Source: Thalassomonas sp.
GTDB lineage: Bacteria > Bacteroidota > Bacteroidia > Flavobacteriales > BACL11
Length of the DNA stretch: 36,788 nt
Direction of reading: 5' to 3'
Assembly (NCBI GenBank): GCA_047617145.1
Contig: JBLGCF010000002.1
Span: 1-36,788, forward strand
Every line of letters begins with the position of its first letter. Position 1 is the stretch's first letter. This document shows positions 28,754-36,788 of this stretch, piece after piece. A model generated the notes under the pieces. It was not told the DNA's origin. It saw only the letters and a program-made list of their open reading frames with translations, and searched no databases. A program made the position numbers and the translations under genes.

Positions 28754-28785
28754 GGTAAAACCCAAATAGAGTAGCTAAATTTTAA
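28754..28785 (+). repeat. Leader element copy 3 (degenerate), upstream of the TM2 gene
   Basis: GGTAAAACCCAAATAGAGTAGCTAAATTTTAA. It shares the 13-nt CCAAATAGAGTAG exactly with copies 1 and 2. About 4 nt (GCCG) are missing. The ATG at 28798 lies 23 nt after ...TAGAGTAG. Confidence 0.65.
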
Positions 28786-28797
28786 AACTATTTAATT

Positions 28798-29094
28798 ATG
28801 TTTTGTAGCAAATGTGGTAAAGAAATAAATGATGAGGCAGTTGTCTGTGTTGGTTGTGGTTGTTCAGTGAATAAATCTAAAACTTTAAAGGATAATAGAG
28901 GTCTAATAACAATTTTATTGTGTTGGTTTCTTGGTGTGCTTGGCGCACATAGATTTTATACTGGCCATACTACAGTTGGAGTAATACAACTTTTAACGCT
29001 AGGCGGGTGTGGTATTTGGGTGCTTATCGATTTTTTCATGCTTTTGTTAGGTAATTTTAAGGATTCAGAGGGAAATATCATTAAAGTACTTTAA
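28798..29094 (+). CDS. Zinc-ribbon plus TM2 domain membrane protein
   Basis: N-terminal CSKCG...CVGCGC zinc ribbon. The TM2-type motif is GVLGAHRFYTGHTTVGVIQLLTLGGCGIWVLIDF. Confidence 0.8.
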   Translation: MFCSKCGKEINDEAVVCVGCGCSVNKSKTLKDNRGLITILLCWFLGVLGAHRFYTGHTTVGVIQLLTLGGCGIWVLIDFFMLLLGNFKDSEGNIIKVL

Positions 29095-29387
29095 TGAGTG
29101 ATTTTTCTTGTTTCAAGGAAAATATAATACCAGTATCAGTTGTATTGTATTTGGTCTTTTCTGTATTGTTAAAATTATTTTATGGTATAGATTACCTTAT
29201 TCCTTGCTTCTGGAAAACTTTTTTTGGTTTTGAATGTTCTGGGTGTGGTGTTAGTTCATCAATCATAGAAATTATTAAAGGTAATTTTCTGATTGCATGG
29301 GAGATAAATAAGATTACATTTTTAGTTTTGCCACTACTATTGTTTTATAGTATTAAAGAAATCTTCTTTAAAATTAATCAAATATAA
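29094..29387 (+). CDS. DUF2752-like small membrane protein
   Basis: The ATG overlaps the TM2 gene stop (TAATG), which suggests translational coupling. The motif CFWKTFFGFECSGCGVSSS resembles the DUF2752 C-x-G-x-x-C-x-G-C-G pattern. Hydrophobic segments flank it. Confidence 0.65.
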   Translation: MSDFSCFKENIIPVSVVLYLVFSVLLKLFYGIDYLIPCFWKTFFGFECSGCGVSSSIIEIIKGNFLIAWEINKITFLVLPLLLFYSIKEIFFKINQI

Positions 29388-30752
29388 TTTTTTACTAGCA
29401 CGGGTAAGTCCAGTGTAAAGCCATCTTAGGTAGGATTTGTCCAACATATCTTCCGTGAAATAACCTAAGTCAATAAATACATTTTCCCATTGTCCTCCTT
29501 GTGATTTGTGGCAAGTAATGGCATAAGCGAATTTTATTTGCAAGGCATTAAAGAATTCATCTTCCTTTATCTTTTTGTTTATTTCCTTTTTTCCTTTATA
29601 GTCTAAGCCAACTTCTTGGTAAAGTTGTTTGTATTGGTCGTAGGTTATGGCAGGGCTTTCGCTTGTTAAGGTATCTAATAGTAGTATTACATCCAATTCC
29701 TTTTCATCAGGATAGTCTACCATTTGAACACTTGCTTTTGCAAAACGGAAGCCATAGCGTTCAATCGTTTCTTTTATACGGGCTACCTCTACAATATCTC
29801 CATTGGCAATAAATCCTGCCTTGCTATTATCATCTAACCAATGGTAATTGTTTCGGACAACCATAAGCATATCACCAGCAGAAATTTCATTTTCCTGCCA
29901 CCTTATCTTTGCTCTTATCTGTTGGTTGTACAAATTGGCTCTTTTGTTGGATCGGCAAAGTACGGTAGTATTATTCACTCCTTCATTACTGTAAGCCGTT
30001 TCTAATGCGTCTTGCAAATCCTCACCAGTATTAAGGCGAATAACTTCTGAATTGGTCACTAATTTAGGATAGGAGTAATCAGCAGTTGCAATTCTATTCC
30101 TAAGGTCTGTCGCATTTTCTAGTATTAAAGAATCTTCCTTTTGCCTAACTACTTGGGTAAGTTCCTTGCAAATAACTTGTTTATTGTAATTCAGCTCTAG
30201 CTTTTCTTCATCTAAGGCAGGACTCATGTCCAAATGAACAGGAGGAAGTTGAGCTGTATCTCCAATAAGTATTAGTTTACAATCCTGCCCTTGATATACA
30301 TATTCAATCAAATCATCTAAAAGGGAACGGTTACCAAATCCTTTATCCGAATTTTCAGGAATCATAGAGGCCTCATCAACTATGAAAATAGTATTACTAT
30401 GTGTATTGTCTTTAAGAGTAATAAAAGTGTTTCCACTCTTATTAGTTCTTATCCAATAAATCTTTTTGTGTATTGTACTTGCTGATTTTTTGGAATATTT
30501 ACCTAAAACTTTAGCGGCTCTTCCTGTTGGGGCCATGAGTACTGAACGCTTCCCAAGTACAGGTAATGATTTTACCAAAGTAGCAACTAAAGTTGTTTTT
30601 CCTGTTCCTGCATATCCTTTTAGCATAAAAATGCTCCTATTACCAATAGTACTTACAAAATCAGCAATATCAGCTATGAGTGCATCTTGTTCTGATGTTG
30701 GGGTAAACGGAAAATGGATTCTTAGTTTTTCTTGTAGTTTCTTGCTTTTCAT
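29337..30752 (-). CDS. SF1B RecD/Pif1/Dda-like ATP-dependent DNA helicase
   Basis: Walker A GYAGTGKTT, Walker B FIVDEASM and the late motif ITCHKSQGGQW are present. The length is 471 aa. It is the last gene of the ftsE-murB operon. Confidence 0.85.
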   Translation of the reverse strand: MKSKKLQEKLRIHFPFTPTSEQDALIADIADFVSTIGNRSIFMLKGYAGTGKTTLVATLVKSLPVLGKRSVLMAPTGRAAKVLGKYSKKSASTIHKKIYWIRTNKSGNTFITLKDNTHSNTIFIVDEASMIPENSDKGFGNRSLLDDLIEYVYQGQDCKLILIGDTAQLPPVHLDMSPALDEEKLELNYNKQVICKELTQVVRQKEDSLILENATDLRNRIATADYSYPKLVTNSEVIRLNTGEDLQDALETAYSNEGVNNTTVLCRSNKRANLYNQQIRAKIRWQENEISAGDMLMVVRNNYHWLDDNSKAGFIANGDIVEVARIKETIERYGFRFAKASVQMVDYPDEKELDVILLLDTLTSESPAITYDQYKQLYQEVGLDYKGKKEINKKIKEDEFFNALQIKFAYAITCHKSQGGQWENVFIDLGYFTEDMLDKSYLRWLYTGLTRASKKLYLINFKEDFFNTIKQ

Positions 30753-30755
30753 GAA

Positions 30756-31772
30756 TTACAAGATATTTACTTCAGGCTCTATGCTAATACCGTATTTTTC
30801 TTTTACCTTTTGTTGTACTTCTTTTGCTAAATTAATAATTTCAGTTCCGGTAGCATTTTCATAATTCACTAAAACTAAGGCTTGATTTTTATGTACGCCA
30901 GCATCTGCTTTTCGGTAGCCTTTTAGCCCTGCATTGTCAATTAGCCAACCAGCTGCAATTTTGGTTTTGTTTTCAGAAATTGTATAACCTACCATTTCAG
31001 GGAACTCTTTTTTCATTTCCTCAAACTGACTCGTTTCAATAATTGGATTTTTAAAGAAACTTCCACTATTTCCTAATACTTTTGGGTCAGGTAATTTACT
31101 GCTCCTAATGTTGATTACTGCCTGTGCAATATTTCCAGGGGAGGGCTCTTTTTTTAAGCGTTTTAGCTCCTCAGTTATTGCGCCATATTTAATATTGTTC
31201 AATGGAGTTTTACTGAGTTTGTAGACTACTTTGGTGATGACTACTTTCCCTCTTAGTTCTTCTTTGAAAATGGAATTTCGATACCCAAAATTACATTCAC
31301 TATTTGTAAATGATTTTTTGTTACCACTTCTAATTTCAATATAATTTACTCTAGTAATTACATCTTTTACTTCTACACCATAAGCTCCAATATTTTGCAT
31401 AGGTGATGCACCAACTAATCCTGGAATTAATGCTAAATTTTCTATCCCTGAAAGATTCTGATTGATACTCCATAAAACAAAATCATGCCAAACTTCTCCA
31501 GCACCTACTTCAATGCTAATGCTTTGCTCATCTTCTGAAATAACATCAATTCCTTTTATGTTGTTGGCAAGTACTATTCCTTCAAAGTCTTGAGTAAGTA
31601 AAATATTACTTCCTCCTCCTAATATAAAAAGAGGTTCAGTTTTGCAAATAGAATTTTTTAATAGTGCTGTTAATTCAGCTTCTGATCTGAAGCTTGCAAA
31701 ATATTTTGCTTTTGCATCTATACCAAAAGTATTGTAATTTTTTAAGGAGTAATTGTGTAGGATATTACTCAT
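30756..31772 (-). CDS. murB: UDP-N-acetylenolpyruvoylglucosamine reductase
   Basis: The N-terminus LKNYNTFGIDAKA... and FILGGGSNILL indicate a FAD-binding PCMH domain. The length is 338 aa. Confidence 0.95.
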   Translation of the reverse strand: MSNILHNYSLKNYNTFGIDAKAKYFASFRSEAELTALLKNSICKTEPLFILGGGSNILLTQDFEGIVLANNIKGIDVISEDEQSISIEVGAGEVWHDFVLWSINQNLSGIENLALIPGLVGASPMQNIGAYGVEVKDVITRVNYIEIRSGNKKSFTNSECNFGYRNSIFKEELRGKVVITKVVYKLSKTPLNNIKYGAITEELKRLKKEPSPGNIAQAVINIRSSKLPDPKVLGNSGSFFKNPIIETSQFEEMKKEFPEMVGYTISENKTKIAAGWLIDNAGLKGYRKADAGVHKNQALVLVNYENATGTEIINLAKEVQQKVKEKYGISIEPEVNIL

Positions 31773-32448
31773 GAGTCATTACAATTTCACTTATTTTCTG
31801 ATTGGCACATTCTAGGGTGCGTGCCTTGTATTTTTTTATGATTGAATAATCGTGTGTTGCAATTAAAACAGTAGTTCCTTGTGCATTAATTTCTTGCAAT
31901 AATTCAATGATTTTATTTGATTTTTCAGGGTCTAGATTTCCTGTTGGCTCATCAGCTAAAATAATTTCAGGATGATTCAAAAGCGCACGAGCAATAGCTG
32001 CTCTTTGTTGCTCTCCTCCTGATAATGCATAAGTCATTTTATCTTTTACATCAGTAAGGTGTACACTGTCCAATACTTCATTTATTCGGGTGCTGATTTT
32101 TGTTTTATCTTTCCATCCGGTAGCTTTTAGTACAAAGGATAAATTCTCAAAAACAGTTCTATCGGAAAGCAATTGAAAATCTTGAAAAACAATACCTAGC
32201 TTTCTTCTTAAATTCGGAATTTCTTTGGCTTTAATCTTGTTGAGGTCAATGTCGGTAAGTGAGATGTTTCCTGCGCTTACTTTCAATTCTCCATACAATA
32301 CTTTTAGTAAGGAGCTTTTCCCGCTTCCTGTTTCACCAATCAAATATAGGAAATCACCAGCATTAACTTTTAGCGTAATGTTGCTAAATACTTGGTGATT
32401 CATTTGGTGTATGTCTACACCTTCTAAATTGATGATAGGCTTATTCAT
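31765..32448 (-). CDS. ftsE: Cell-division ABC ATPase FtsE
   Basis: Walker A GETGSGKSS, ABC signature LSGGEQQR and Walker B ILADEPT are present. I chose the ATG at 32448 (MNKPIINLEGV...), giving 227 aa. The track N-terminal extension is unlikely. It overlaps the murB start by 8 nt. Confidence 0.9.
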   Translation of the reverse strand: MNKPIINLEGVDIHQMNHQVFSNITLKVNAGDFLYLIGETGSGKSSLLKVLYGELKVSAGNISLTDIDLNKIKAKEIPNLRRKLGIVFQDFQLLSDRTVFENLSFVLKATGWKDKTKISTRINEVLDSVHLTDVKDKMTYALSGGEQQRAAIARALLNHPEIILADEPTGNLDPEKSNKIIELLQEINAQGTTVLIATHDYSIIKKYKARTLECANQKISEIVMTHE

Positions 32449-32794
32449 TTTCGCTATAATATGTGTGAATTTTCCCATAAGGAATGATTTCCAGTAAAGC
32501 CATAATTCCTTTTTTTTCTGCTTCCAGATTATTCTTTTTAAGGCCAACTTCTTGTTGGCTTAGCCTAAAATAGGCGCATAAGGTCATCTGCTCATCTCTA
32601 ATTTGTACAAAGTCAGGGATGGTTTTTGTTCCTTTTATTTTTAAGATATATAACACTAAGCAAATTAAGAAATTAATTCTTTGTAAAACGCTTGTTTGGT
32701 GCAATAATTGTTAGCAAAAGCTGTTGAAAACTTCAAAGCCCTGTTTTTAGCACAAAGCCTAATTTCTCTACTTTTAAATCTGATAAGAAATCCT

Positions 32795-35700
32795 ATGCCT
32801 AAAATTGTAAAATTCATCTTTTTATCACTGCTTTGTAGTGTTAATATTATAGCTCAAAATACTGAATCAAATGAAGCGAGTACTTTGTTTTTGGAAGGAA
32901 AGTACAGTGCTGCACAGGCCCTGTTTCAGCAAGTAATTATTAATAATGGGGCTGATGAAAATGCATATTACCATAATGCAAGGTGTTCAAAAGAGTTGTT
33001 TGCTTCTGATGCAATTTTCTTGTATGAACAGTTTTTATTAGCTTTCCCTTTCACCTCTTTTAAGGATGAGGTGAGTGAGGATTTGGCTTTGTTGTATTAC
33101 AGAGGTTTGGATTATCCTAAGTCGATTAATTATTTTTTGAAACTCAAAAATTTAGAGGTTTATCCTCATCTGGTTTTTAAGTTGGCCTATGCTAATTTTA
33201 GTATTGATTCCTTAGTGGAAGCTCAGTATTATTTTTCAAAACTAATTAATACGAAAAGTAAATATGCGGCTACTGCTCAGTATTATTCTGCTTATATCGC
33301 ATATGAAAATGGCTTGTATAAAACTGCTTTAAATAGCTTTAAACACTTAATTACTGATGAACAATTTGGTGAAATTGCCCCTTATTATATTACTCAGATT
33401 TACTTTTTTCAGAAAAGCTATAAGGAGTTAATTGCATTTGCCTCACCACTTATTGAAAGCGTTATTCCATCACGAAAGGCAGAAGTAAATCGTTTGCTGG
33501 CGGAGGCTTATTACCGTACGGAAGATTATGGAACTGCCATTGTTCATTTTAATGCATATATTCAGCAGGGAGAGCAAGTAAATCCTATTGTTCCTTTTTT
33601 ATTGGGGCAGTCTTATTTCAAAGTAAATGAATTTGAAAATGCGATTGATAATTTAGAAAAAGTAAGCAATACTACTGATAGCATTGCTCAGCACGCCACT
33701 TACTGCTTAGGGGCTTCTTATCTGGAAGTTGAGCAGTTCAATTACGCTTTGCAAGCTTTTAAAAAGTCAGCAACTTATGCCTATGATTTAACAATTCAGG
33801 AAGATGCATTTTATAATTATGCAAAATTATCCTATCAGTTGGATTTGCCTTTTGACAATACTTTAGCTGTGCTGAAAACTTATTTGGAAAAGTATGATAA
33901 TGCAGTACATAAAAAAGAAATTGAAACTTTAATGGTTCAAACTTTTCAGAGTAGCAGTAAATATGATGAGGCTTTTCAGGTTTTAAAAGATATTCACTTA
34001 CCTAGTCATCAGCAACAAAAAGCTTTACAACAACTCGCTTTCTTTTTGGGCGTTAAGCAGTATAATAATGCTGCCTATAAAGAGGCGCTTACTTATTTTC
34101 AGTTAGCCACTCAGTACCCTGTAGATAATAAGATAGCTTATGTGACTGTTTTCTGGTTGGCCGATTGCTATTATCAGTTAAATGAATTTGACAAGTCAGT
34201 TGAGTTGTATGCTAGCCTTCCTGTAAATAACATGACTGATTTAGAGAGTTATGATAAGCTAAAACAATATAACTTGGCCTATGCTTATTTCAATCAAAGT
34301 GAATATGCATTAGCGAATACTTACTTCAGAAAATATGAGAAACTAGCAACTGATAGTATGCATTTGAATGATGCTTATTTACGAATTGCAGATTGCTTTT
34401 TTATGACTCAGGAATATTCATTGTCCGAAAATTATTACGATAAGGCAATTGCCTATTCCTTGTTTGATGGTGATTATGCAATGTATAAGCGTTCGGTTGC
34501 TTTAGGGTTGATTGGTAAGAATAGTACTAAAGTGAAATTATTAAAACACTTGACAAGTGATTTTTTAACTTCAGCTTATTATGATAATGCACTCTATGAT
34601 TTGGCGCGTTATTATAAAAATAATGCCAAGAATGATTTGGCACTTTCTTATTATGATAAGCTGTTGGAAGAAACAAGTGATGAACAATTTATTGCTGATG
34701 CTCACTTGAGTAAGGGAATGATTTATTTTAACAGTAGCAAAGTAAGTGAGGCAATTACGGCCTTTTTATTTGTGGTGAATAATTTTCAGCAAACCATCTA
34801 TTTTAAAGAGGCTTTATCAGGCTTACAGGCGGCTTATGTGAGTTTGGCTAAGGTGGATGAATATTTGGAGATTTTAAATGGCTTGCCTGAAATAAGCATT
34901 AGCAGGGCAGAACAAGATTCCTTGACTTACAATACGGCTTTCCTTAAATTTTCTGAGGGGGATTATGCAGTTGCACAGAGAACTTTTAATCAGTATTTGG
35001 AAAGGTTTGAGAATGGAATATTTAAAATTGATGCCACTTATTACAATGCTATTTCATCAGTAAAAGTGAGTGATACTGCTAGTGCAGTTCTAATGTATAC
35101 TGAATTGATTGGTGCCTCCAATATTGAGTATCAGCAAGCAGCTTTAAGCTTTTTGGCGCGTAAATATTATGCTCAGGATGATTATGCAAATTCAAATATC
35201 TATTATCAAACTTTAGAAAAAGTAGCGGCTAATAACGCTTTAAAACGGGAGGCTGTTATCCGTTTGATGTACGGGAACGAAAAGCTAAATATGGAGCTGG
35301 CTTATAAATACGCTCAGCAGGTGGTTGCTTTGGATAAAACAGATGATTGGTTAATGAGTAAAGCAAAAATAATTATTGCGCGTTATCAGTTTGCTAGTGG
35401 AAATTATGCTAAATCCAAAACTACTTTTGAAAAAGTGGTAGAGCTGTCTGCTTATGATGAAGGGGCGGAAGCTAAATATCATTTAGCATACCTTACTTAT
35501 TTGGATGATAGTTTAACGCTAGCTGAAAAAATGATATTTGAGTTGGCTGAAAATTACAGTAGTGATCATTTTATCGCAAAAGCATTTATTTTATTGGCTG
35601 ATATTTATGTGGTACAGGAAAATGAATTTCAGGCAAAGGCAACTTTAGAAAGTATTATTGAAAATCATGATGGAGAGGAGTTGCTGAATTTGGCGCGTAA

Positions 35701-35932
35701 AAAATGGGAGCTAATAGTGGAAAGAGAGTCTTTGAAAAATGCAATAAAAGAGGCCCCTCAAAGTTATATTAAAATATCAGAAGAAGAAATTGACTATGAT
35801 TTGGAAGAGTTTTTGATTGAGGAAGTAATTGATGAAAACTATGAGGTAGTAGCTCCTGATACTATGCTTTTACCAAAAACAGATAGCTTAGAAATAATTC
35901 ACGAATACATTGAAATAGATGAAATTGAATAA
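32795..35932 (+). CDS. Large secreted tetratricopeptide-repeat (TPR) protein with a highly acidic C-terminal tail
   Basis: I chose the ATG at 32795 (MPKIVKFIFLSLLCSVNIIA-QN signal peptide). The track start at 32708 is a TTG. TPR-like A/Y/L-periodic helices occur throughout. The last 60 aa or so are rich in D and E. Confidence 0.85.
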   Translation: MPKIVKFIFLSLLCSVNIIAQNTESNEASTLFLEGKYSAAQALFQQVIINNGADENAYYHNARCSKELFASDAIFLYEQFLLAFPFTSFKDEVSEDLALLYYRGLDYPKSINYFLKLKNLEVYPHLVFKLAYANFSIDSLVEAQYYFSKLINTKSKYAATAQYYSAYIAYENGLYKTALNSFKHLITDEQFGEIAPYYITQIYFFQKSYKELIAFASPLIESVIPSRKAEVNRLLAEAYYRTEDYGTAIVHFNAYIQQGEQVNPIVPFLLGQSYFKVNEFENAIDNLEKVSNTTDSIAQHATYCLGASYLEVEQFNYALQAFKKSATYAYDLTIQEDAFYNYAKLSYQLDLPFDNTLAVLKTYLEKYDNAVHKKEIETLMVQTFQSSSKYDEAFQVLKDIHLPSHQQQKALQQLAFFLGVKQYNNAAYKEALTYFQLATQYPVDNKIAYVTVFWLADCYYQLNEFDKSVELYASLPVNNMTDLESYDKLKQYNLAYAYFNQSEYALANTYFRKYEKLATDSMHLNDAYLRIADCFFMTQEYSLSENYYDKAIAYSLFDGDYAMYKRSVALGLIGKNSTKVKLLKHLTSDFLTSAYYDNALYDLARYYKNNAKNDLALSYYDKLLEETSDEQFIADAHLSKGMIYFNSSKVSEAITAFLFVVNNFQQTIYFKEALSGLQAAYVSLAKVDEYLEILNGLPEISISRAEQDSLTYNTAFLKFSEGDYAVAQRTFNQYLERFENGIFKIDATYYNAISSVKVSDTASAVLMYTELIGASNIEYQQAALSFLARKYYAQDDYANSNIYYQTLEKVAANNALKREAVIRLMYGNEKLNMELAYKYAQQVVALDKTDDWLMSKAKIIIARYQFASGNYAKSKTTFEKVVELSAYDEGAEAKYHLAYLTYLDDSLTLAEKMIFELAENYSSDHFIAKAFILLADIYVVQENEFQAKATLESIIENHDGEELLNLARKKWELIVERESLKNAIKEAPQSYIKISEEEIDYDLEEFLIEEVIDENYEVVAPDTMLLPKTDSLEIIHEYIEIDEIE

Positions 35933-36788
35933 AATAATAGCAGTGCTTTTATTGAGTACTACTCAGATTTTAGCCCAAGACATTGGTACAACTGAAGTGA
36001 AAGTGGTAGAAGGATTTAAGCCAACTATTCCTGAGGCAAGTCGCTTGAATGAAAAAGCAACTTTTTCGGACACTACTAAAAAAGACCGAACACAAGAGTA
36101 TGCGGTTATTGCTGCTGATTTAAAATCGAATTACAAAACAAGGCCTTTAAAGGCAGCAAAAGTGAAAGCTGATAAAATCGCACAGTTATATGTTACTAAA
36201 GTAAGTGTAGGCTTTGGTAATGCTTTTACAACAAAAGCAAGTATTGTACACAATAGCAAACGCTCCAAAACACTAAGTTATGGGATTATTGCAAATCATT
36301 TTGCGAATAGGTATGAAGTGCCTAATTCTTACCCTGAAGGTACTCACCCAGCAGTTCCAAGGTTGCCTTATCGGCTAAAAAACAGTAAAAACACTATGCA
36401 TTTGTATGGGAAGAAAATGAGTGCTTCCCATATATTTATGGCAAACCTAGACTATGACAGGAGAACAGCCAATTGGATTGAACAAAATCCTGCTTTACCT
36501 GAAGACCGTAGAGGGTTAGTTAATCGTTTTGCTTACACAAAACTTTCTTTCTCTGCTGTTTCCAAAGAGTTGTCGGCCGATAAATTAAAACACTACACTA
36601 CTTTTTTTGTTTCTGATTTGAATGAGTTTTCTGAAAATCAAATCCATTTAAATACAAATTTAAGCAAAACGATTAATGGTTTGCCTATTGCTTTGGAAAT
36701 TGAGTTGAACGATTATCTGAATTATAATAATCCAGATTCAAAATTTGAAAGTACAAATGTGCAATCATTTCATTTTTCACCTTCTACT
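35919..36788 (+). CDS. Secreted protein, probable outer-membrane protein, 5' part only (runs off the window)
   Basis: The ATG at 35919 overlaps the TPR gene end by 14 nt. Signal peptide MKLNKIIAVLLLSTTQILA-Q. The frame stays open for 290 codons to the window edge, so it is absent from the ORF track. Confidence 0.6.
   Translation, partial: MKLNKIIAVLLLSTTQILAQDIGTTEVKVVEGFKPTIPEASRLNEKATFSDTTKKDRTQEYAVIAADLKSNYKTRPLKAAKVKADKIAQLYVTKVSVGFGNAFTTKASIVHNSKRSKTLSYGIIANHFANRYEVPNSYPEGTHPAVPRLPYRLKNSKNTMHLYGKKMSASHIFMANLDYDRRTANWIEQNPALPEDRRGLVNRFAYTKLSFSAVSKELSADKLKHYTTFFVSDLNEFSENQIHLNTNLSKTINGLPIALEIELNDYLNYNNPDSKFESTNVQSFHFSPST

Noticed and set aside
27982-28785. I asked whether the three repeated intergenic elements plus small promoterless ORFs are an integron-like cassette array (attC sites) or a CRISPR array.
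   Set aside because: The repeats lack the imperfect inverted-repeat architecture and the R''/R' (RYYYAAC/GTTRRRY) cores of attC. No integrase gene is nearby. The spacing (351 and about 413 bp) holds full ORFs rather than short spacers, and there are no cas genes.
32441-32704. An 87-aa minus-strand ORF lies in the ftsE/TPR intergenic region.
   Set aside because: It starts at a TTG and runs into the ftsE start region. Its composition is not protein-like, with no motifs. It is most likely a chance frame in AT-rich DNA.

Overview
This is a low-GC chromosomal segment of Bacteroidota, Flavobacteriia-like. The phylum call rests on a T9SS type-B C-terminal sorting domain, TAnnTTTG -7 promoter boxes about 20 nt upstream of many start codons, A-rich leaders without Shine-Dalgarno sequences, and an rpsF-rpsR-rplI operon. 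Most of the window is tightly packed core housekeeping. It includes lhgO, purB, a DUF456-like gene, mqnA, the pyrG-yidC pair, a TonB-dependent receptor and holA divergent from an HsdR_N-like nuclease-fold gene. It also includes a SulP transporter, aconitase, rpsF-rpsR-rplI, dnaX followed by a large M16 peptidase, monomeric isocitrate dehydrogenase, an ftsE-murB-RecD-like helicase operon, and a large TPR protein coupled to a secreted protein cut by the window end. I saw no rRNA, tRNA, CRISPR array, transposase or integrase. Only two stretches look accessory. The first is a T9SS-sorted adhesin-like gene (15.0-17.0 kb) bracketed by a duplicated terminator-like repeat. The second is a four-gene cassette of small membrane or lipoprotein genes (27.7-29.4 kb: lipoprotein, 4-TM protein, zinc-ribbon/TM2, DUF2752-like). 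In that cassette each of the first three unrelated genes is preceded at fixed spacing by a copy of one conserved leader element, and a strong palindrome lies upstream. This cassette is my best candidate for something undescribed, but it is a modest candidate, not a clear new system. A second notable signal is an A9 slippery run at the domain III boundary of dnaX, with immediate stops in both alternative frames. All family names come from reading motifs in the supplied translations. No database search was run.
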